A stretch of DNA of 20,000 bases from contig NC_057755.1 of assembly GCF_004010195.1 (NCBI RefSeq), positions 11,514,840 to 11,534,839 on the forward strand, given 5' to 3'. The notes beneath the pieces were generated by a model, which saw nothing but the letters and a program-made list of their open reading frames with translations, made no database searches and was not told the DNA's origin. Made by a program: the position numbers and the translations under genes. This document shows positions 1-10,659 of the stretch, one piece after another (positions within the stretch are counted from its first letter, which is position 1; each line of letters begins with the position of its first letter). This stretch comes from Chiloscyllium plagiosum. Its lineage: Eukaryota.

Positions 1-199
1 CATCATATCTGCGACCGCCAGATATGTGTACTCCTGAAGCTCACACTCCACGCTTCTTCCTCAAAGTGCCATCTTCTTTGTGCCTCCCAGGTTTATGCAA
101 TCCTCCAACTTCCATTCCATTCTATCACCGTCTATTTGAATCCTATGTACGTGCAATCGTCCATCTCCCAACCAAATGAACCACATGTTCACCGCCTCT

Positions 200-2820
200 G
201 TGAATCCCAGGTATGTTTAATCCTCCAGCTCCCACTCCACTCTTATCCCGCACAGTTTCGCCGTCTCTGTGATTCCCACATCTGTAAAATCCTCCAGCTC
301 CCACTCTGATCTGCTCCCTCAAAGGAGCACTCTCTTTGAAATCCAATTATGTGCAATCGTCCAACTCCCACTCCTGTCTGTTCCATCTACGGCTCACTGT
401 CTCTTTGACTCCCAGGTACGTGTAATCCTACAATTTCAACTCCGCTCTGCTCCTTCACAGGGTCACCATCTCTGCGAGTTCAAGATACGTGTAATCCTCC
501 AGCTCCCACTCCATTCTGCTCACTCAATGGTCACGGTCTCTGCTCCATCAATGGGTCACTGTCTCTTTGAATCCCAGGAGCATACAATCCTCGATTTCCA
601 ACTCCATTCTTCTGCTCACATCTCACCGTATCTGTGACTCCCAGGTTCATTTAATCATCCAGCTTTCACTCCATTCTTCTCTCACACAGGGTCACAGTCT
701 CTGTGATTTCCACTTATATGTAACCCTCCTATCCCACTCCAATCTGCTCGCCCACAGGCTAACCGTCTCTGTGACTTCCAGGTATTTCTAATGTTCCAGC
801 TCTAACACCTTTCCGCTCCTCACAGATTCACCTTCGCTGTGAATCTCAGGTACGTGTAATCCTCAAATTCCACTCGCGGGGTCACGTCTCTGTTATTCAC
901 AGGTGAAGTGATCCTTGTGCCCCATTCGACTTTGCTTCCTCACTGTGTCGCCGTCTCTCTGATTCCCAGGTACGTACAATCCTTGGACTTGCTCTCCCCT
1001 CTGCTCCTTCGCAGTTTCACTGTAACTGTCAATCCCAGGTACGTGTAATCCCACTCCACTGTGCTCCCCAACAGGGTCACTATATTTATGACTTACAGGT
1101 ACATGCAGCTCCTACTTCACTCTGCTCCCTCACAATGTCACGGCCTCAGGAACACCATGGTATGTGTAAACTCCAGCTCCCAGTAACTTTCTGCTCACTT
1201 ATGTGATCACGGACTCTGTGACTCCCAGGAATGTGTAATCCTCGTATTCCCATTCCTTTCTGCACCCAACAGGACTGCGTCTGTGAATTCCAGCTCCGTG
1301 TAATCCACCAGCTCCCACTCTACTCTGACCTTCACAGTGCCATCTTCTCTGTGACACCCGGGTATACGTAAGCCTCCATCTACCAGTCCGCTCTGCTCCT
1401 TCACATTGTCACCGTCTCTGTGACTCCCAGGTTTGTGTAATCCACCAGCTCCCACCTCATTCTGCTCACTCACATCGTCGCCGTCTCTGTGACTCCCAGG
1501 AACGTGTAATGTTTGAGTTTCCACTCCATTCTGCTCCTCATAGGATCAACGTCGCTGTGACTCCCAGATACCATAATTCTCCAGCTCACACTCCATCATG
1601 CTCTTTCACAGCGTCACCATCTTTTTGATTGCCGGATACATGTAGAAGGGCTTATGCCCGAAACGTCGATTCTCCTGTTCCCTGGATGCTGCCTGACCTA
1701 CTGCGCTGTTCCAGCAACACATTTTCAACCCAGAATACATGTAATGCTCTAGGTACAACTCCAATCTGCTCCCTAACATGGTAACCGTCTCTGTGATTTC
1801 CAGGTAAGTGCAATCCTCCATCTCCCACTCCACTCTGAACTACGCAGTGGCAGCTTCTTTGTACCTCTCAGGTACGTGTAATCTTCCAGCTCCCATTCGA
1901 ATCTCCTCCCTCGCAGGGTCATGGTCTCTGTTACTCCCAGGTACGTGAAACCCTTGCAATCCTCTCGACGCTATTCCCTTGCTGCAGCACCGTATCTGTG
2001 TCTCTCAGGTACTTGTAATCCCACACCTCCCAGTCCAAGCTGCTCCCTCGCAGTATCACAGTCTCTACGACTCCCAGGTACGTGCAATCCTCCACCTTCC
2101 AGCCCAATGTGCTCCGTCACATTGTCACCGCCTCGGTGAATTCCAGGTATGTCTAATCATTCAGCTGCCACTCCACTTTTATCCGTCACATTGTCGCCAT
2201 ACCTGTGACTCGCAGGTTCGTGTAGTCCTCCAGCTCCCACTCCAGTCTGCTCTCTCACCAGCTTTCCGTCTCTTTAACTCCCAGGTACGTGAAATCCTCC
2301 AGTGCCCTCTCCATTCTGCTCCCCCCCCAGGTTAATCGCAAATGTGAATTCCAGGTACGTGTGATCCTTCAGCGCCTACTTCACTCTGCTTCGTCACAAT
2401 GTCACCGTCTCTGTATCACCCTGGTACGTGTAATCCTTCAGCTCACAGTCCCATTCGGCTCGCTCACGTGATCGCCGCCTCTTTGACTCCCAGGAAAGTG
2501 TAATCCTCAAATTCCCTCTCCTGTCTGCACCCTCACAGAATGGCCGTGTCAGTGAATTCAAGGTCCGTGTAAGCCATCAGCTCCAACTCCACTCTGGCCT
2601 TCACTGTGACATCTTCTCTGTGACACCCAGCTACATGTAATCCTACGAGTCCCAGTCCGTTCTGCTCTCTTACAGGTTCACCATCTCTGTGAGTTCCAGG
2701 TACGTGTAATCCTCCAGCTGCCACCCCATTCTGCTCTCTCACGTGGTCACGAGCTCTGTGACACCGAGCTACGTGTAATCGGGGAGTTCACACTCCATTC
2801 TTCTCCTCACATGTTTACCA
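200..2820. repeat. Higher-order repeat copy A (~2.6 kb; boundaries approximate)
   Basis: Diagnostic variant strings CATTCGACTTTGCTTCCT (923), GGATCAACGTCGCTGTGA (1543), ATTCGAATCT (1895) and TTCCCTCTCCT (~2512) recur in the same order downstream. Confidence 0.85.
1644..1734 (+). mobile_element. Short 5'-truncated terminal fragment of a probable Penelope-like retroelement (family 1)
   Basis: Non-satellite sequence AGAAGGGCTTATGCCCGAAACGTCGATTCTCCTGTTCC...TTCCAGCAACACATTTTCA, nearly identical to 10571-10654. It is flanked by the direct repeat ATACATGTA (1636-1644 and 1735-1743). The empty site is visible in copies B (~4161-4185) and C (~6546-6570). The family assignment rests on the hammerhead-like motif and recall, not on a search. 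Confidence 0.8.
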
Positions 2821-2824
2821 TTTC

Positions 2825-5260
2825 TTTGATTCCCAGGTACGTCTAATCCTCCAGGTCCCACTACATTCTTACCTGCACAGTTTCGTTGTCTCTGCGAGTC
2901 CCACATTCGTGTAGTACTCCCGCTCCACTCTGCTCTGCTCCCTCATAATAGCACCCACTTTGATATCCAATTGTGTGTAATCGTCCAGCTCCCACTCTGC
3001 TGCATCAACGGCTCACTGTCTCTTTGACTCTCAGGTACATGTAATCCTACAATTCCAAATCTGCTCTTCTCCCTTGCAGGTAACCGTCTCTGTGAGTTCA
3101 AGGAACGTGTAGACCTCCAGCTCCCACTCCATTCTGCTCCCTGAATGGTCACGGTCACTGTGACACCCAGGAAAGTGCAATCCTCGATTTCCCACTCCAT
3201 TCTTCTCCTCACATGTCACCGTCTCTGTGACTCTCAGGTTCATTTAATCATCCAGCTCTCAATCCATTCTGTTCCCACACAATGTCACAGTCTCTGTGAT
3301 TCTCAGGTATGTGTAATCCTCCAGAACCCACTCCAATCTGCTCGTCACAGTATCATCTTCACTGTGAATCTCAGGTACGTGTAATCCTCAAATTCGCAAT
3401 CCACTCTGCTCCCTCGTGGGATCACGTCTCTGTTATTCACTGGTAAAGTATTCTTCATGCTGCATTCGACTTTGCTTCCTCACAGGGTCACCGTCTCTCT
3501 GACTCCTAGGTATGTGCAATCCTCGGTCTTGCTCTTCAGTCTGCTCCCTCGCAGTTTCACCGTAACTGTGAATCCCAGGTACGTGTAATCATCCAATTCC
3601 CACTCCACTGTGCTACCCAACAGGGCCATTATATTTATGACTTACAGGTACGTGGAATCCTGCAGCTCCTACGTCTCTCTGCTCCCTCACCGTGTCACCG
3701 TCCATGGAACACCATGATACGTGTAATCTCCAGCTCCCAGGACCATTCTGGTCGCTGTGATCACGGTCTCTGTGACTCCCAGGAATATGTAATGTTCGTC
3801 TTCTGACTCCTTTCTGCAACCTGTCAGAATGACCGTGTCTGTGATTTCCAGCTCCGTGTAATCCACCAGCTCCCAATCTCTATGACTCCCAGGTATATGT
3901 AAACGTCCACCTCCCAGTCTGCTCTGCTCCCTCACAGTGCCATCTTCTCTGTGACTTCTAGGTTTGTGTAAACCAGCAGCTCTCACTGCATTCTGCTCAT
4001 CCACGTCGTCGCCGTCTCTGTGACTCCCAGGAACCCGTAATGCTCGAGTTTCCACTCCATTCTGCTCCTCACAGGATCAACGTCGCTGTGACTCCCAGGG
4101 ACCGTAATCCTCCAGCTCACACTCCATCCTGCTCTCTCACAGCGTCACCATCTTTGTGATTGCCGGATACGTGTAATGCTCTAGGCCCAACTCCAATCTG
4201 CTCCCTCACATGGTAACCATCTCTGTGATTTCCAGGTAAGTGCAATCCTCCAGCTCCCACGCTATTATGAACTATACAGTGGCAGATTCTTCGAACCTCT
4301 CAGGTACGTGTACTCTTCCAGCTCCCATTCGAATCTGCTCCCTCGCAGGGTCACGGTCTTTGTGACTCCCAGGTACGTGAAATCCACTTGATGCTATTCC
4401 CTCCCGGCATCACCGTGTCTGTGATTCCCCGGTATTTGTAATCCTACACCTCCCAGTCCAAGCTGCTTCCTTTCAATATCACTGTCTCTGTGACTCTCAG
4501 GCACGTGTTAGTCTTCAAATCCCACTCTATTCTGCTCCCTCACATTGTCACTGTCCCTCTGAATTCCAGTTACATCTAATTGTCTAACTCCCACTCCACC
4601 TTTTTCCCGCAGTGTCGCTGTCCCTGTGACTACCAAATTCGTTTAGCCTTCCCGCTCCCACGCTGCTCTGCTCCCTCAAACGCGCACTTCTCTGTGTTTT
4701 CCTTTTATGTGTAATCCTCCAGTTGCCACTCCAGTCTGCTCCCTCACAGCTTCTGTCTCTTTAACTCCTAGGTACGTGAAATCCTCGGACTCCATCTCCA
4801 CTCTGTACTTTCGCAGGTTGACCGTAAATCTGAATTCCAGGTACGTGCAATCCTCCAACTCCCACTCCACTGTGCTCCCCGACCGGATCACCAGCTCTAT
4901 GAAATCCAGGTACGTGTATCCTTCAGCTCCTACTTCACTCTGCTTCGACACAATGTCACCGTCTCTGTAACACCCCGGTACGTGTAATCCTCCAGCTCCC
5001 ATTACCATTCTGCTGGCTCACGTGACACGGTCCCTGTAACTCCCAGGAACATGTAATCCTCAAATTCCCTCTCCTTTCTGCACCCTCACAGCGTGACAGT
5101 GTCTGTGAATTCAAGTTCCATGTAATCCACCAGCATCCACTCCACTCTGGCTTTCTCTGTGGCATCCTTTATGTGACTCCCAGGTACATGTAATCCTACA
5201 ACTCCCAGTCCGCTCTGCTCTCTTACAGGCTCACCATCTGTGTGACGTCCAGGAACGTAT
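2825..5260. repeat. Higher-order repeat copy B (~2.45 kb; boundaries approximate)
   Basis: The same markers occur at 3463, 4074, 4327 and ~5065. CACAGTTTCG at 251 matches 2876. Confidence 0.85.
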
Positions 5261-5429
5261 AATCCTCCTGCTCCGACTCTGCTCTACTCCCTCAAATGCA
5301 CACGTCTCTCTGATTTCCAGTTACGTGTAATCCTCCAGCTCCCACTCCAGTCTGCTCCCTCACCAGCTTTCTGTCCCTTTAACTCCCAGGTATGCTGAAT
5401 CCTCGGGCTCCTTTTCCACTCTGCTCCCT

Positions 5430-7520
5430 CGCAAGTTTACCATCTCTGTGAGTTCAAGGTACGTGGAGACCTCCAACTCCCAAAACATTCTGCTCCCTTA
5501 ATGGTCACTGTCTCTGTGACTCCCAGGAACGTGCAATCCTTGATTTTACACTTCATCCTTCTCCTCACATCTCACCGTCTCTGTGACTCTCAGGGTCATC
5601 TAATCATCCAGCTCTCACTCCATTCTGGTCCCACACAGTGTCACAGTCTCTGTGATTCCCAGGTATGTGTAATCCTCCAGATCCCACTCCGATCTGCTCG
5701 CTCACAGGCTAACCATCTCTGCGACTTCCAGGTACTTGTAATCCTCCAGCTCCCACACCTTTCTGCTCCTCCCAGTGACACCTTCACTTTGAATCTCAAG
5801 TGCGTGTAATCCTCAAGCTCGCATTCCACTCTGCTCCCTCGTGGGGTCATGTCTCTCTTATTCACAGGTAAAGTGATCCTCATGCTCCATTCGACTTTGC
5901 TTCCTCGCAGGGTCACCTTCTCTCTGACTACTAGGTACGTGCAATCCTCGGTCTTGCTCTCTACTTTGGGTTCTTGTAGTTTCACCATAACTGTGAATCA
6001 GCAAGTATGTGTAATCCTCCAATTCCCACTCCACTGTGCTACCCAGCAGGGACATCATAATTATGATTTACAGGTACATGCAAACCTGCATCTCCGACTT
6101 CTTTCTGCTCCCTCACGGTGTCGCCATCTCTGGAAGGCCACGGTAAGTGTAATCTCCAGCTCCCAGTACCATTCTGGTCGCTTACGTGATCAAGGTCTCT
6201 GTGACTCACAAGAATGTGTAGTCCTCATATTCCCACTACATTCAGGACCCTGTCAGAATGACCGTGTGAATTCCAGCTCCGTGTAATCCACCAGCTCCCA
6301 CTCCACTCTGAGCTTCACAGTGTCATCTTCTCTGTGACTCCCAGGTAAATGAAATCCTCCACCTCCCAGTCCGTTCTGCTCCCTCACATTGTCACCGTCT
6401 CTGTGACTTCCAGGTTTGTGTAATTCACCAGCTCTCATTACGTTCTGCTCACTCACGAAGTCGCCGTCTCTGTGACTCCCAGGTACCGTAATCCTCCAGC
6501 TCACACTCCATCCTGCTCTTTCACAGCGTCACCATCTTTTTGATTCCCGGATGCGTGTAATGCTCTAGGTCCAACTCCAATCTGCTCCCTCACATGGTAA
6601 CCATCTCTGTGACCTCTAGGTAAGTGCAATCCTCCAGCTCCCACTCCATTCTGAACTACACAGTGGCAGCTTCTTTGAACCTCTCAGGTACGTGTAATCT
6701 TCCAGCTCCCATTCGAATCTGCTCCCTCGCAGGGTCACGGTCTCTGTTACTACCAGGTACGTGAATCTTTACTCAATCCACTCGATCCTATTCCCTCCCA
6801 GGATCGCCATATCTGTGTCTCCCAGGTACTTGTAATCCTGCACCTCCCATTCACAGCTGCTCCATCACAGTGTCACAGTCCCTGTGAATTACAGGTACGT
6901 GCAATCCCCCAACTCTCAGTCCAATGTGCTCCCTCAAACGGGAACATCTCTGTGATTTCCTTTTACCTGTAATCCTCCAGCTTCCACTCCAGTCTGCTCC
7001 CTCACCAGCTTTCTGCCTCTTTAACTCCCAGTTATGTGCAATCCTCGGGCTCCCTTTCAACCCTGCGCCCTCGCAGGTTCACCGTAAATGTGATTTCCAG
7101 GTACGTGCAATCGTCCAACCCCCACTGCACTGTGCTCCCTTACAGGGTCACCATCTCTATGACTTCCAGGTACATGTATCCTTCAGCTCCTACTTCACTC
7201 TGCTCCGTCGCAATGTCACCGTCTCTGTAACACCCTGGTACGTGTAATCCTCCAGCTCCCATTACAATTCCTCTCTCTCACGTGATCACGCTCTCTGTGA
7301 CTCCCAGGAACATATAATCCTCAAGTTCCCTCTCCTTTCTGCACCCTCACAGTGTGACCGTGTTGATGAATTCAAGTTCCATGTAATCCACTAGCTCCCA
7401 CTCCACTCTAGCCTTCACGGTAGCATCTTCTCTGTGAGTCCAAGGTTCCTATAATCCTACAACTCCCAGTCCGCTCTGCTCTCTTACAGGCTCACCGTCT
7501 CTGTGACTTCCAAGTACGTA
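5430..7520. repeat. Higher-order repeat copy C (~2.1 kb, 5' part missing or rearranged; boundaries approximate)
   Basis: The same markers occur at 5888, 6711 and ~7326. The GGATCAACG monomer is absent. Confidence 0.8.
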
Positions 7521-10498
7521 TAAATCTCTAGCTCCCACTCCATTCTGCTCCCTCACGTCACCCCATCTCTGTGACTTCCAGGAATGTGTAATGCTCGAGG
7601 TCCGACTCCGTTATGCTCACTCACAGTGTCACCGTCTCTGTGATTTCCCGATGCGTGTAATCCTCCAGCTCCAATTCCAATCTGCTCCCACACAGGTAAC
7701 CGTTTCTGTAACTTCCAGATACGTGTAGTCCTCCAGCTCCCTCTCCACTCTGAACTTCACAGTGTCATTTTCTCTGTGAATCCAAGGAACGCGGGATCTT
7801 CAAGCTCGCACTCTACTCTGCTCCCTCATAGCGTCACTGTAAATGTGAATCCCCTTAAAACGTTGTCCTACAGTTCCCACACCAGTCTACTCCCTCACAG
7901 TTACACCATCTCTGTGACGTTTAGGTACGTGTAATCCTCCAAATCACACTCCACTCTGCTCCACCACAGCCGTATCTTCTCTGTGACTTCCAGGTGCATG
8001 TATTCCTCTTGCATCTTTTCCATTCTGCTTTCTAATGTGGTCTCCATCTCTGTGATGCCCGGGAACATGTCAGCCCCGAGTTCCCATTCGCCTCTGCTCC
8101 TCACTGGGTCGCTGTCTGTATGACAGCCAGGTACGTGTCATCCTCAAGCTCACACTCCATTCTGCTCTCTCAAAGGCCATCATCTCTGTGATTCCCGGGA
8201 CAGTATGATCCTTCAGCCCCTACTCCAATAAGCTCGCTCACAGTTTCACCGTTTCTGTGACTTCCAGGTACATGTATCCTCGAGCTTTCACTCAACTCCA
8301 CTCCCTCATAGGGTCACTATCTCTGTGACTTCCAGTTACGTGTAATTCTCCAGCTCACAATCCACTCTACTCCCCTACCGTCTCATCGTCTCTATGACTT
8401 CCATGTACATATAATCCTCCACCGTCCATTCCAATCTGCTCCATCACAGTCCACCATTTCTGTGAACTCCAGGTACGTGCAATCCTGAAGGTACCACTTC
8501 ACGCTGCTCCCTTTCGGGTCACCTTCTCTGGGACTCCCAGGTACATGTAATTCTCTAACTCACCTTCCACGCTGCTGCCTCAAAGAGTCACCGTCTCCAT
8601 GCCTCCTGTAATGCTCCGGCTGCTATGGAATTCTGGTCTCTCACAGGCTTACCGTGACAGTGACTGCCAGATTTGTGTAATCCTTCAGCTCAATCTCTAT
8701 TCTGCTCTCTCAAATGGTCAGCGTCACTGAGAGTCACAAGTACGTGTAATCATTCACCTCCATGTGCACTCTGTTCCCTCCAGGGACACCATCTCCATGA
8801 GTCCAAGGAACGCGCAATATTCCAGCTCATACTCCATTCTGCACCCTCATAGGGGCACGTCTCTGTGATTCCCAGGTCAGTGTAATCGCTCTGCTCCAGC
8901 TCCCAATTCACTCTACTCTCTGACAGAGTCACCATCGCTGTGACTTGCAGGTACGTGTAATCCTCCAGCTCACACTCCACACTGCTACCCACAGGCTCAT
9001 CGTCTCTGTTACTCCCAGGCACACGTATTCCTAAATCGCCCATTTATTTCGGCTCCCTCACGTAATCCCCGTCTCTGTGACTCCCAGGAACGTGTAATCC
9101 TTGAGTTACCATTCCATTCTGCTCTTCACAGGATCACCGTGTCTGTGACTCGTGGGTAAGTGTAATCCCCCAGCTCACACTCCACTGTACTCCCTCACAG
9201 TGTCACCGTCTCTGTGGTTCCCGGGAACGTGATATCCCCCAGCTCTGGTCCCTCACAGTGTAACCATCTCTGCTACTTCCAGGTACGTGTATCCGTCCAG
9301 CTCCAACTCCACTCTGAACTTCACACTGACATCTTCTCTGTAACTCCCATTGTTTGTAATCCTCCAGCGCACACTCTACTCTGTTCCCTCACAGTTTCAC
9401 GGTCTCTGTGACTCCCAGGTCCTTTTAACCCTCCAGTCCACCCCCCCCCATTCCACAATACTCCCTTACGGGGCACCGTCTCTGTGTATCCCAGGTCAGT
9501 GTAATCCCCCAGGTCCCACTCCACTCTGAATTCCAAATTGTCATCTTTTCTTTAACTTTCAGATGCATGTAATCCTCCAGGTCCCACTCCACACTGCTCC
9601 CTCACAGAGTCACAGTGTCTGAAACTCCAAGGTACATGTAATTCCCCCAGTCCCACTCCGTTCTAATCCCTCACAGGGTCACTGTCTCTCTGATTCCCAG
9701 GTACGTGCAACCCTGCTGCTCCCACTTCCCTCTGCTCGCTCACAAAGTCACAGTCTCTGTGACTCCAGGAATGTTTAATCCTCAATCTTCAACTCTATTC
9801 TGCTCATTCACAGTATTAACATCCCTCTGAATCACAGGTACATGTAATCCTCCACCTCCCAGTCCATTCTCATCCCTCACAGGTCCACCGTCACCATGAT
9901 TCCCAAATACGAGCAATCATCCACTTTCCTCACTGGGACACAGTCTCTGTGAGTCTGTGGAACATGCAACCTTACAGCTCGCACTCCACTCTGGTACCTC
10001 ACAGGGTCACATTCTCTGTGACTCCCAGGTACGTGCAATCCTCTAGCTCCAACTTCACTCCACTCCCTCACAGGGTCACCCTTTCAGTCCTCCCAGATAT
10101 GTGCAATCCTTGACTGTTATCCTCCCGCTCGCTCATACGATCAACGTCACTGTGAATCACATGTACGTGAAATCCTCCAGCTCCCACTTCAATCTAATCC
10201 CTCAAAGTTTCATCGTCTCTGTGAATCCCAGGTACGTGATTTCCTCCAGCTCCTACTTCATTCCACTCTCTCACAGCATCAACGCCTCTGTGATTTTCAG
10301 GTACGCGTAATCCTCCAGCTTCAGTTCCACTCTACTCCCTCAAATGATCACCGCCTCTGTGACTCCCAGGACTGTGTAATCTTCAGCTTCCACTCCATTC
10401 TGCTCCTTCACTTGGTCACCGTCTCTGTGAAAAACGATACGAACAATCCTCCAGCTCCCGCTCCATTCTGAGCTTCAGAGTGGCATCTTCTCTTTAAC

Positions 10499-10659
10499 CG
10501 GGGAGAAAGTGAGGGCTGCAAATGCTGGAGATCAGAGCTGAAAATGTGTTGCTGGAAATTCCCTTCCTGAAGAAGGGTTTATGCCTGAAACGTCGATTCT
10601 CCTGTTCCTTGGATGCTGCCTGACCTGCTGCGCTTTTCCAGCAACACATTTTCAGCTCT
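10499..10659 (+). mobile_element. Probable Penelope-like terminal fragment (family 1) with an inverted 5' segment
   Basis: Perfect 25-bp inverted repeat at 10534-10558 and 10635-10659. Direct duplication TCTTCTCTTTAAC at 10486-10498 and 10657-10669. The satellite phase resumes correctly after the insert. Confidence 0.85.
10565..10596 (+). ncRNA. Minimal hammerhead-ribozyme-like motif inside the insert
   Basis: CTGAAGA (10567-10573), A, stem-loop GGGT-TTAT-GCCT (GGGC-TTAT-GCCC in the 1644 copy), GAAA (10587-10590), CGTC. This fits the CUGANGA...GAAA...NUH core. Helices I and III are very short or absent, as in the minimal hammerheads known from Penelope-like elements. Confidence 0.6.

Noticed and set aside
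460..495. Resemblance of GGTCACCGTCTC...CAG|GT to immunoglobulin JH segments (VTVS plus splice donor)
   Set aside because: There is no WGxG/FGxG motif and no upstream nonamer-heptamer RSS. The match is only ~12 nt.
493..512. PRDM9-type CCNCCNTNNCCNC motif in CCTCCAGCTCCCAC
   Set aside because: The match is imperfect, and that motif is specific to certain human alleles, so it is not transferable.
9441..9449. C9 run and possible G-quadruplex on the minus strand
   Set aside because: This is an isolated homopolymer expansion. The monomer has mostly GG and few closely spaced GGG tracts, so a canonical G4 is not supported.
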